A stretch of DNA of 64,000 bases. Source: Schmidtea polychroa (taxonomy: Eukaryota). This document shows, piece after piece, positions 11,602-32,806 of the stretch (the stretch's first letter is position 1; every line of letters starts with the position of its first letter). The stretch spans positions 4,962,001 through 5,026,000 of the forward strand of contig CM097885.1 of the NCBI GenBank assembly GCA_044892525.1, in the 5' to 3' direction. The translations under genes were made by a program, and so were the position numbers. The notes under the pieces are model-generated. The model ran no database searches. It saw only the letters and a list, made by a program, of their open reading frames with translations, and was not told where the DNA came from.

Positions 11602-14600
11602 TTGTAAATCCTCAAAATTCATGGTTTTTTATATAAATTAAGATATATTTCGATTAGGCTCCGGATGCCTCAGGTTTACCCCTGATTTAAATCAATATGT
11701 TTTAATTTAAAAAATTTAAGGAGTCTTAAGAATAAAAATACAAAATATTAAGTTTAGAATTATTTAAAGAATTATTAAATTAAAAATTTTATTTAATTAA
11801 TTTTAAACCAATGAAAACGCAGTTGTTGGGTTTTTGCTTAAATTAACAAATATAGAGACATAATAGTCGGTTACTCTGATTCATTGTGCTCTTTAAACTC
11901 AGTAAAAGAACAAGACTCCCAATCCAAATTATACCACAAATCACGAGCAAGTTGGATACCCAACTTATAGCAACCAAAGAAAATACATATTTCGATGAGT
12001 TTCACTGTGAGTTGTGGTGACTCTGCACAATTTATATCACCTTTTAAGATTTTACAATTTCGTCTTGACTCAATTTTGTTCTGTTTCTTTCTAGTTTTCT
12101 GTAATTCTTTTTCAACTAAATTAACAAAATCATCTTTCATTTCTTCTCTACTTGACACAAAGTGCCGATTGGTTATGATTTTGACTTTACGATTTTATTT
12201 ATACAGTAAAATAATCTTTTTGATTAGTTTCTTTAGAACTAAGTCACACCTGTTTGACAATCCCTAGGTAACTTTCTCTTTGCGGTTTCTTTACATATTC
12301 TCAAGGTAAAAAGAAATAATTATTTGTCCTTTATGAACCTTGCACAAAATAACCCTTTTATGTTTTCTTTTTCATGCATTTGTGTGAGAAAATCATTCAT
12401 TTCATATTACCTGTTTAACATTTAATTTATGCCTATTTATATCCCAATTTCAATATGAATGTAGAAAATCATTGATCTGCGGACACCTCTGACTATGATT
12501 TCTGGACCTAGACTCCAAAGAAATTTAATATACCAATATTATGGAACTAGGCGATCGAGTACTGATTTAGCCTTAGTTTCCATAAGGTCATACAATCTCG
12601 GTCAAGATAAGTTCTGGAATTTATTAAGTATCCAAGGAAACGAAATTAATCGATAATCATAAAAAATAATTCTATGTTCGAATGAATTTAAACAATAATA
12701 ATTTTCTCTATAAATTCTCTTTGAAATACTAAAAAGGGTAAAAGTGAAAATCGTTATTCCTTATTTAGTTGAGAAATCAAAGAACGGGAGATACGATGAA
12801 ATTGACAATGGGAAGTTAGGTAGCGGAAGTTAAATATCGACATTTTATGAAGTAAAACATATTTGAGGGTGATAATCAAAATATAATCACAAAATGGGAT
12901 CTAGTAACCATAGTTACATATTGGTCCTATAATAGAGAGGAGGAATGTTGATGAAATCGAATGAAACCATGAAATGTTTCGTCATAATTGAGTATTTAAG
13001 ATTTTTCGTTATTCCTGTAGAGAGCGATTAACTCGCGTTACAAATCGATTTGAACTATTGATTTATTAGGCGGTTAGATTACATGGAATAATGGAAATGT
13101 AATTCCATCCATCAATAATAAGTCCTAATATCGAGGGTGCTAACAAAGGAATCTCACAAAGATCTGGTACGCCCCCTCTTCTCACTGTTGGGGCTCGATG
13201 AAATAGGCACAAAATCAAAGTGAAAATCAATAAAAACATCAAATTCACAATAATAATTAAAAGTACAAAATACATATTAAAAATCAATAATTTCCGAGGA
13301 ACTGATATCGGCGGATGGCGAACAATGAGACGAGCTCAAATATAATAAAAATAACGTTAATGGAGGAAATAATTACAAAAAACTAAAATTAATTATCTAA
13401 TAGAAAACCCGAGTGATCAACATTATTATTTAATTAGGACGAGTTAAATCGGAAATCGGAGGAAAACCCAAAAGAAAGGAGAGGAGATAGAAACTTAAAA
13501 TCGGGCAAATTGCCCGGAGGATTGAATGGTACAAGCTCAAAACCATTTAGGTCACCAAGGGAAGCCTGGGGAAAAGACACCTACAAATAACAAAATTAAT
13601 TTGATGGGAAAATAATGTAATTATAGAAGGGGTATATATGGATCTGTCAACTCAACAGAATTGCCAATTGGTCGAAGAAAGAAAAGTGATATTACAGTGA
13701 AAGGGAGTAAAAGCGAATTTAACTCTAGTGCTAACGAAATCAATTTGAGTCTTAGCGTACCAGAAAGTGAGATCTCCAGTTGGAAGATTTATCCCTGAGC
13801 CAGACTGAGGTCAAAATTAAAAAGCGTGCAGAATAAAGAGTTAATTAAAGTTGTGTAATAGATAAAAAGTTTAATTGTGATAATTTCGAATAAATATTAT
13901 TGTGTTCGATTGTTCGATTTGTTTAATAAAAGGACATCAAATAGTGAGACAGTGATACCGACATGCACAAAATACTCAACATCACCCTGCTCACCCCGGC
14001 AGCAACAACATTGATCCAGTTAATATTTCCATGGAAATGTGATTCCAGCCATCAATAATACAGCACAATATCGACGGTGCTACCAAAGCAATCTCATAAT
14101 GGCCTGATATCCCCCCTGCTCACCCCGGCAGCAACAACATTGATCCAGTCAATATTTCCATGGAAATGTGATTCCAGCCATCAATAATACAGCACAATAT
14201 TGATGGCGCTACCAAAGGAATCTCATAATAACCTGCTATCAGCGCCGTCTCTTCCATTGTGCGCCGTGAGTGAAGGGGCGCCGTAAATTTTATAAAAGCC
14301 ATAAATTTGATAAAATTGAAAAATTATAAACAAAACAAAATTAAAGAAAATCGAAAAAAAAATTAGTTTAATATATAAATTAAATATATGCAAAAATAAT
14401 TATTATTTTTTGACATTTTTGTTTATAAGTTTTAAAACTTCAAAAAATTGAGAAGAAAATTTTGTAATAATCTAGTTATCCACATTTACGAATTAATTTT
14501 GAAATAAAAGGTGAAAAGAATATATTTTTTATTACAATTTATAACTTAATATATGTATATGCAATAATGTGTAATATTATTAATAAACATAATATATTTT

Positions 14601-15825
14601 TGTAAAAATTGTTATTTTAGGGGCGCATTATAGCTTATGGCACAGGGCGACAAATTTCTAAAGACGCCTTTGCCTGCTATTCCCCTTTGAACAAGTCGTG
14701 GTCAGTGAAGTTGTAGGGCTTGTAATTCTCCATATTTTACAAAAAGAAAATTTACAAATATCTCAAAAAATCTTTTCCTAGTCAAGTTTCTCTCTTTGAA
14801 AAATTTAAATTTTTCGCCAGAAATATCTTGAAGAGATACAAAAATGTTGTGGTCAGCAAAGATGTAGGTGACGTCATCCTCTATATTTTAGTCGAAATAA
14901 TATTTTGAAAATCTCAAACTCCCGCGCTACAGTGAGATAAAACAAAAAATTAAAAATTCACTTTTAAATCAATATTTGCACTTTTTAATCAATAATTGCA
15001 CATTTAAATCAATAAAAATTTAAAAATCAATAATCGCGACTTGACCTTCAACAACAAAATGAGGGGTAGGGCAGGGCTCTGTTGCTAACCAGCGCGCGGT
15101 AACTAACGGTGGTAACTATCGGTGGCGTAAGGGGCTCACATCTACCTGCTAATATATCATAAAAAGGTTATTAGAATTATAGAAAATAGGAAAAATCATT
15201 TGGGGAATTTTTTTGTTTCTTTAATGAAATCTTGCATAAAAATGATTTCTATTTGATATTTCTCTGATTTTACCCACCTTCTTCCATTAAATATTTCTTC
15301 AATTGGTCCTCGGTGAGAAATCCTTTATCTTCGACGTCCAATGCTTGAAAAGCTTTCAACAGTTCATCTTCATGGCGAGGTTTATATCTGATGATATAAT
15401 TCATAGTTCAGCCTTTATCAATTAGATCAAATTCAACCTCTTCTCTAATAATATTTTTGACATAAGCGGCAGGAAATCTTCAAATGAAACAACTTCAGTC
15501 GGTTCTGGTTTTTCAATCTAGAAATTCATTGAAAATAACATTGGATCTAGTCGTTCAATTCCATTCAAACTTCTAATAATATATCATCCAGTTCTTTAAG
15601 GCTAGGACAGCATCCTAATGAGCGAATGATTGTTCTAATTTCTCTTACATCGACACTTTTGTTATTTTCATGGTCAAATATCTCGAAAGCTGCGCTTATT
15701 TTATCGTGAATTTCTAATATTAGCACATCTATATAAAAATTAATTTTTCATAAAAATAAATTAAAATTTTCATTACCAATGGAATCCTTCTCTTTGTTAC
15801 CATCAGATTTATCAACATTATCCAT
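10796..15825 (-). CDS. EFCAB2: EF-hand calcium-binding domain protein 2 / dynein regulatory complex subunit 8, 5 exons
   Basis: Reads HDKISAAFEIFDHENNKSVDVREIRTIIRSLGCCPS...FEDFLPLMSKILLEK..YKPRHEDELLKAFQALD...KYLMEE|GEPFTQEEMEEMLSAAIEPESGKINYKSF. The last exon (10796-10912) is separated by a ~4.3-kb intron. Confidence 0.92.
11192..11684. mobile_element. hAT-type MITE containing a (TA)n tract
   Basis: Ends caagggtggggaacct / aggtttacccctg. 8-bp TSD atttaaac/atttaaat. Confidence 0.7.
13090..14239. repeat. 129-bp tandem repeat (~3 copies) interrupted by a solo LTR
   Basis: The unit tggaaatgtgattccagccatcaataata...ccctgctcaccccggcagcaacaacattgatccag recurs. Anchors at 13985 and 14114 give a period of 129. 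Confidence 0.8.
13186..13981 (+). mobile_element. Solo LTR
   Basis: TGTTGGGG...CTCAACA ends. Perfect 4-bp TSD TCAC at 13182-13185 and 13982-13985. The 3' end resembles the other LTR ends at 30124 and 31604. Confidence 0.8.
14240..14672. mobile_element. hAT-type MITE
   Basis: Perfect 8-bp TSD CCTGCTAT at 14232-14239 and 14673-14680. Imperfect TIR cagcgccgtct / agacgcctttg. Confidence 0.8.
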
Positions 15826-16694
15826 TGAATTTATTTAAATTAATTTGTTGCTAAGGCAATGAATATATAAACAATTCTTGATAAGTTTAAATTAAAAATG
15901 AAATACTTTCTTGGAAGATAACATTATATTTCAATACATTTTATACTGAAATTAATTTTTACTGAATTCCAGTAATATGAAATTATTATAAAAATTTTGG
16001 TTCTAAAAATATTGAAGTATTAAATAAATCAAATTTTAAGTTTTAATTCGCAAAACTACATTGATTTAAACTTTTTATAGTAAAAATAAATAAACTTCAT
16101 AAATTGTCATCATGATCAACCATAGTAAATAATCAGTCATCATAGAAGCTGACATAGTAGTGGTTTCAGACCACAACTTCTCAGGTTAACAGTGACCCAA
16201 ACCCTTAACCAGTCGTTGGAATACCGCTGTGCACTTGTAACGAAGAATGTTAGTACTTTACACAATAATTGACGTACAACAAAAAGTTAAGAACCTTTTG
16301 AGATTTTTGAGGTTTCATTGGGTAACAATAGAAAGATCTACGTTTTTTAGTGTCGAAGAAATAACTAATTTGTTAATATGGTCGGATTCACCCTACAACA
16401 GTGCTAATTAAGTGAAGATTATAGTGAAAAGTTAGAGCCAATCTCACCAACTTTGACTTTTGTCTATCATGACTTAAACATATTGAAACTTGAAAGTGAA
16501 CTCTATTTCAGGAAATATAACATTATACAAAGTTAAATCCATCTTTAGATCCATCTTTAAATTTGCAGCAAAAATCTTGAAACTAACAATATATATTTAA
16601 TCAAAGAATTTATAAATAACAAGTTTTTATTAATTCACAAAAAAACCGCCAATTCCTAATTATTAAAACAAACAGATATCTAACTCTCCCCTTC

Positions 16695-19600
16695 TTAAGA
16701 CTTTTTCCACTTCTTCAGCCACTCGATTCTTCTTTCTTCCGTTCCTTCTTGTGAATGTAGTTCGACTCGATGAGGTGATAGAAATCTGGCGATTTTATAT
16801 GGACCATCGTATTGCATACCATCCTTGTGCCTGTTCTGCGGCTCTTTACGTACGAGTACCTCCTCCCCCACCTCGAAAACACGAGTGCCCCTCTTTGTCT
16901 TATCCATAGCTCTCATAGTGTCGGCGGCTTTACTCGAGTTAAATCTCGCGTCTTCCATTCTTTCGCTTCTTGATATCTCGGCTTGTTTCAGGTTAGAGTG
17001 TAGGTTAACACTCCGTCCATAAATTATCTCAAATGGTGATAAACCTGTAGCACTTTGTCGACTGCTATTTATAGTGAACTCTATTCTTGGTAGAAGTTCG
17101 TGCCAGTTTCTCTCTTCACACCTGCCTGCCAATGTTGCTGTAATAAGATCTCTTATCGTTCGTATGGCTCTTTCGGCTAAACCATTTGATTGGTGCTGAT
17201 AAGGTGAGCTGAATTCCTGTTTGATTCCAAGTTTCTGTAGCTTCTGTCTTAGGAAATTCCCTTCGAAATTTCGGCCTCTATCTGTTAAAATACTCTTCGG
17301 TTTTCCAAATCGATAGATCCAACAATTAAGTATTGTTTTGAAAATGGTCCCTTCGTCTTGCTGTGTGATTGCAGTTAAAGAAATCAGTTTGCTAAAACGG
17401 TCCACCATTACTACCATATATTTTTTTTGGCGTTTATTTCCATGTAAGCCACATCTATAACAATCTGTTCTAGGAATTCAGAGCTACATCTAGGAATAAA
17501 TGTTTCCTTGGTTCTTGTCTGATCGATCTTTCTCTTAGCGCAGATCTCGCAACATTGTAAACAGAGCTGGATTGTTTCTTGCATTTTCGGCCAATAAAAT
17601 ATATTTTCCATATAATGAAATAATTTCTTAACTCCAATGTAACATAGTTCTTCATGTAGCGTTGTTGTTAACAGGCCTGCAAATGTTTCTGGGACTAACA
17701 TTAAGATATTTTTGTTCTTTTCTACTGTTATTAATCCTCCATCAATTTGTGTATTTTTTACGTTAAAAGGAAAACAATTCTTTTTCTCCCGTGTACATCC
17801 ATTTTCAAATATCTCTCGCAGCTCTCGAAACCGAATGTCCTTTTGTTGTTGTTCCCATACTTTTTCCATAGCTTCTGTTCTTTGGATAGTATATATATAT
17901 ATATATATCTAATCTTTGATTTTCCTTCCTTAGCTTCTTCATGTCTTGTTTGACACTGGGTGCAAACCATACTTTTTAATCTTGATAGTCCATCTACATT
18001 TGAGTGTTCTTCGCCTTTCCGATATTTTAGTTCAAAATCATATTCCGACAGGTTAGCTAACCATGTTTGGAATTGCGGACTGATTGGCGTTTTTGTAGTG
18101 TTCATGAAAACCAATGCCTTGTGGTCGGTGCGAATTATGAATTTTTTTCCGTACAGATATTCTCTAAAATGCATGACGTATTCATGTACGGCGAGCAGTT
18201 CTTTCTTGGTTACACAGTATCCCTTTTCATGTGATGACATATGTCTCGAGCCATAAGCTATGACAGATTCTTCTCCATCTTCTGTAATTTGACTCAAAAC
18301 TGCACCAATGGCTCCGAAACTAGCGTCTGTGTCTAAGATAAAAGTCCTATCTTCTCTTGGAAAATCAAGGATAGGTGCTTCGCACAACCGTCTCTTCAGA
18401 GTTTGGAAGCTCTCATTGCATTCTTTAGTCCAATTTATATCTTTATCGCATCCAGATGTTGCAGCGTATAATGGTTCGGCGATTTTGGCATAGTCTTTGA
18501 TGAATCTTCTATAGTAGTTCGTTAATCCGAGAAACGATCTCAATTGTTTTGAATATTTTGGTACTTCTGCTTCCTCGATCTCTTCCACTTTCTTCCTGTT
18601 TGTCTGGATATCCTTCTCGTTAATTGTGTGACCAAGGAAACACAATTCTGTTTTATTGTATTTGCATTTTTCTGGATTTATCTTCAGTCCTGCCAATTTA
18701 ATTCTTCTCAATATTTCCCTTAATAGCTCATCGTGGTCTTTTTGACTTTTACCATATACCAAGATATCATCTAGATAAACTACTACTCCCTTGAATAGCA
18801 TTCCTTCTAGCACTGTGTGCATCAGTCTCTGGAATGTCGCAGGAGCTGTTGCTAAGCCAAACGGTAGTCTATTGAAGCAAAATTGTCCTTCTCTTGTACT
18901 GAATGCAGTCATTTCTTGAATTTCTGGAGCCAACTCCACTTGATAATACGCCTGACCTAAATCGATTGACGAAAATACTTTTGCATTCGCGAGACAGTCT
19001 AGTAAGAATTTGGTGTTAGGCATAGGAAATGACTCTTTTTCTGTTATGGAATTTAATCCACGATAATCTACACACATCCTGATAGATCCATCTTTCTTCC
19101 CTACTATAACTAACGGGGCATTCCAAGGACTCTTGCAACACCGAATAACATTTGCTTTCATTAACTCTTTTATCAGTTCTTCAATCCTTTTCTCCATGTG
19201 CATTGGTTGACGTCGAGGATGTTGCATTATTGGGCCTCCTGTTATCCGCATCTCATGTCGAACTAAGTTTGTAAATCCCAGATCGAATTTCGATGCCATA
19301 AAAATTCCGCCGTATTCCCTAATCATTCCTTCAATATCTTTATTATTGTCACCTGCCATCGCCACTAGTGCTTTATTTATTCTTTCTTCATCAGTGTAAA
19401 TTTTGTTTATCAATGACGTTTCTATATTATTGATTTTCACTAACTTTACTCCAAACTCTTTCATTGTATCAATGCCCCCTATGAATTCGGGTTTGATCTC
19501 TTTTACCACTACTACTGTGATTATTTTGGTCTTCTGATTCCATGTGGCCAGTATAGTCATGTATCCCATTGCTTCTTCACCTCCAGTTGAAAAAACTCTG

Positions 19601-19863
19601 CACAATAATATAATACTACGTTTAAGTTCTGGTTTGCCTATTTTCTCCCACAAACTCTTGCTCATGACTGTTACTGATGCTCCAGAATCCCATAACATCT
19701 CTGTTTCGGCATTATTCAACATTATTTTACTCCAATTTCTTCCATCTTTCGTCTGGTACATCTCTTCTTCTGCCTCGCCTCTTCGTTGTTCATTTCTTAT
19801 TTCACAATTTATTGTCTTGACTCCACCGACGAAATGAAACCCATGGAGTCGCTGTTGTTTTTT
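16695..19863 (-). pseudogene. pol polyprotein (PR-RT-RH-IN), frameshifted near 17890 and 17415
   Basis: ORFs 17758-19761, 17411-17869 and 16695-17417 are in gypsy domain order. A (TA)n run at ~17890-17908 coincides with one break. Confidence 0.9.
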
Positions 19864-21099
19864 CCGTCTTCTCTCAATATAGTATATTTTTCAGGGACAT
19901 TGTATCTATCTTCCATGTCGCTGTGAGCAGTTCTGAAATCCTGGCTGTTCTCGGTGTAATCTCTTCTTTCAGATTTTGAATCTTCTTCTTCTATGCACGC
20001 TATCCTTTGATATCGGTGTGGAACCTCTTTTCGTAACGAAAAACAATCTCGGAAACCGTGACCTTCCTTGCCACATATCAGGCATTTATTTCCCAGTGGA
20101 CACTCATACCTTCTGTGTCCCTTTTCGCCACAGCAAAAACAATCACCTACCGTTAATTTTGGGACCGATGCTTGTGGTAGTCCTTTACTTTCGTTGTACA
20201 GCCTCCTTGCTATATTCTTCATGGATATTGTTGGCAGCTTCCTTTCTGAGCTATTCGGGATTCTTGCATTTCTCAAGAATTGTTCTCTTGGAGATTGTTC
20301 TCGACGACCATGGTTATTTCCTTCATATTGTATTGGTCCGCGTATAGGATATTCGTCTCTTCTTGATCTGTGGTGACTAAATCGGTCTTCTGATTGCCTT
20401 CTTTGTGGTGATCTAGGCATGGAATTTTGGAATTCTGTTGAATTCTCATCTGCCCTCCCTCAGTCACGCTAGCGTATGTTCTTTGACCAATTGCTTTAAG
20501 AAATTCTGTTTTATGGTTTCCATTTTTGTTACTTTCAAAATTTTCGCCAATGATCTCGTTTCTTCAATTTTTGTTTCTGGTTTCGTCAATAGTATCTCCC
20601 GCAGTCTCGCATCGCGTGCTTTATTTGCGATGAGGTCTTGAACAATATCTTCTTCTGATCGTCCTGAATTTACAACTTCAGCTAAAGCTTTTCTTAGCCG
20701 TATCTCAAAAGCTGCAAACCTTTCATCATCTTCCTGTTCCATAGCTGCCAATTCTCTGATTTTGTCAGTTATAGATTTTGTAATTGTGAACGTATTTAAG
20801 AACCACGCTGTTGTTTCTGTTTCTCTGACGTTTCCCCACAATGTCTTTGCTTCTGCCACTAATAACACATCGAAAGTGCTTGTCAATCGCTGTCCATTTG
20901 TCAGCAACCATTCTTCTATATCTCTGATCCATTCTTCGGCTTCTTTTAAACCTCGTCCATCATATCGTCTGATGTTCAGTGTGAGCATGTCTTGGCATGA
21001 TTTCGGTAGGCATTCCATTAGCGATTTTGTCGATTTCGAAATGGCGTTGATATTTTGATTTTCGGTGTGGTCGCCAGTTAAATCCATCTTTAGATCCAT
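19809..21099 (-). pseudogene. gag with two CX2CX4HX4C zinc knuckles, split near 20460
   Basis: ORF 20464-21099 is capsid-like (YDG...EEWI). ORF 19809-20420 carries CFCCGEKGHRRYEC and CLICGKEGHGFRDC. Confidence 0.85.
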
Positions 21100-23183
21100 C
21101 TTTAAATTTGCAGCAAAAATCTTGAAACTAACAATATATATTTAATCAAAGAATTTATAAATAACAAGTTTTAATCAATTCACAAAAAAACCGCCAATTC
21201 CTAACTATTAAAACAACAAGATATCTAACTTACACCACAGATAATGGCTTCTTTGCTATTTTTTTACATTTTAAAATTTAAGAAAGTAAATAGTTGTTTG
21301 TTTGGAACTGTGAACAACTTATATATTTGATATAAAGCTAGATTTCAAATAAAATTACCTCAAATGTGGTTTGCATTATATTTCACACATGATCATGATC
21401 AAAGGCTCCAGGTACACCCATTGCTTTTTACAAATCTAATGCGCAAAGCTCCTCCCTGAATTTAAAGTTTAACTACTATAAGTAGATTAACATTGATCGA
21501 AAAAGCATTTATATTCACGAAACGGTTTTGTAAACATTGTAACATTTACTTTTCTCACGAGATTTTGCTCATCGTTGAATTTAAATTTTGTTATTATAAA
21601 ATCTGTATTTTTCGCATCAGCCTCCTATTATTCGTTTTCGTGTGTCACAATTGACTAAAGCTCAGAAACACGTTTTGAAAGTAAGGGCGCTTTTAGTAAT
21701 GTCAGTTTCGCCACTAGAAATTTCTATTTTCCTTCAACTTGTATTTTTTATCCCTATGCGCACCAACAATTTTTTTGACTACTCAGCCATCTGTTATCAA
21801 ATCTATTGACATTCACACAATGTTTAGCTTTTCTATATCATGTGTTAGATAACCGATTTCATTCATGAGTCTCGTGGACTCCATGGCATTGCCATTTTAC
21901 TTCTGTTATCTCGTCTCTTGTAAAATCAGTAAGCTCTAAATTGTTTGTGAATTATACACATTCTCTTCTGCCTCGCATATTGGTGAAATCTTTCGAAATA
22001 AATTCTTTAGTCCCGTTCAGTTAATAACCCGCTCTTTGGGTTATTGCCATGCGTTAAAAAATTAATAAATGTTGTCATTCTCTTTACTTGGATGGGCCAA
22101 GTGTAAGATGTCATTTTATTTATTGTACTGGTTTACTTTACCCTCTTTATTAGACCTATATTAAACTGTCACGCAATCATGTATAATGGTTTATCAAGAA
22201 CTCTTTCTCAGAGTAAACTATGTCTCTCTCAACTTGGAATTGACACTGATAAATCGTGATCATTGGTAAGTTTTATCTATTTGTTTCATGTAATGAATTG
22301 TTCTATTTTCACAACAAAATACAATTTCCGAACAATCTGACACAAACTGAAATATAATTTTGTTCACCAATATTTGGCTAATTTATGTATTAAAACATTT
22401 GATTTGGCATTTTTATTTAAATTATAATTTTCTGATATTAGGTATTTACCTTCGGAATTTTTCTTATTTTCTACCTAAAATACGCCTTTTCCCAGTGGAA
22501 AGCTAAATCTATTATCATCTTTGAGTTCTTCAACATCATTATTCCCATTTTTGTCAACTGCGATTGACATCTAACTTTTCCTTCTAAGATGTAGTAAAAC
22601 TTGCATTAAGGTAGACAAAATTGCAGTTCAATTTCAACTACCCCCTCTAACCTGTTACTGTTTTATTATTCAACATAATTTCTCACAATCTCTCACAATG
22701 TCTGCCAATTCCTCTTTACGAGTACTTTCTCCTGCAGTAGTTATAACTTGATATTCTCATAAATTGTTGCTGCCTACTAACGCCACCTATACACAAAGTA
22801 TTATTTCCCAAGCCGCAGCGCTGCCTATTGAAGGCCCATCTGTGTCGACTAAAGTAGCGTGGCCATTATGTGAATTTTATCAAGTAATGCTTCCATTTAT
22901 TCTCGCGAGAAAAGAGAACCAGACATGTTTAGTAATTTAAGTACTTAGAAGTACCCATATTTCAAATGCTATGCATTCAAAGAACAGTCTTGGCTTAATT
23001 AACTCTCTAATTCTTTCAAATTCAGAAATTGTAAGGTGCTCAAATTTATGATACAAATAAAGTCCATCAAAACCTTAGAAATTAGGAAAAGGGAAATAAT
23101 TTATTCTTCATAGTGCAAACGAAAACAAATTACTAAAATTCATAATAATATCTTAAAAGACAATTTTCAGTTGATATATTCCA

Positions 23184-32806
<9,623 letters not shown>

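Larger units (their letters stand above)
16531..21230 (-). mobile_element. Full-length but frameshifted Ty3/gypsy LTR retrotransposon
   Basis: 155-bp LTRs at 16531-16685 and 21076-21230. PBS TGGCGACCAC and PPT GAAGGGGAG. Gag has two CCHC knuckles. Pol has protease (LWDSGA), RT (YLDD), RNase H (FILDTDAS..TDH) and integrase (TDRG..SNGLAER, GPY). Flanks tacaa/tacac. Confidence 0.96.

Noticed and set aside
11871..12158. 95-aa minus-strand ORF, possibly a gag fragment
   Set aside because: No diagnostic motif recognised; probably TE debris but cannot be supported.
13066..14302. Repeated peptide EIPLVAPSILCCIIDGWNHIS suggesting a repeat protein or CRISPR-like array
   Set aside because: It is a 129-bp tandem repeat with a stop in each unit, no unique spacers and a eukaryotic context.
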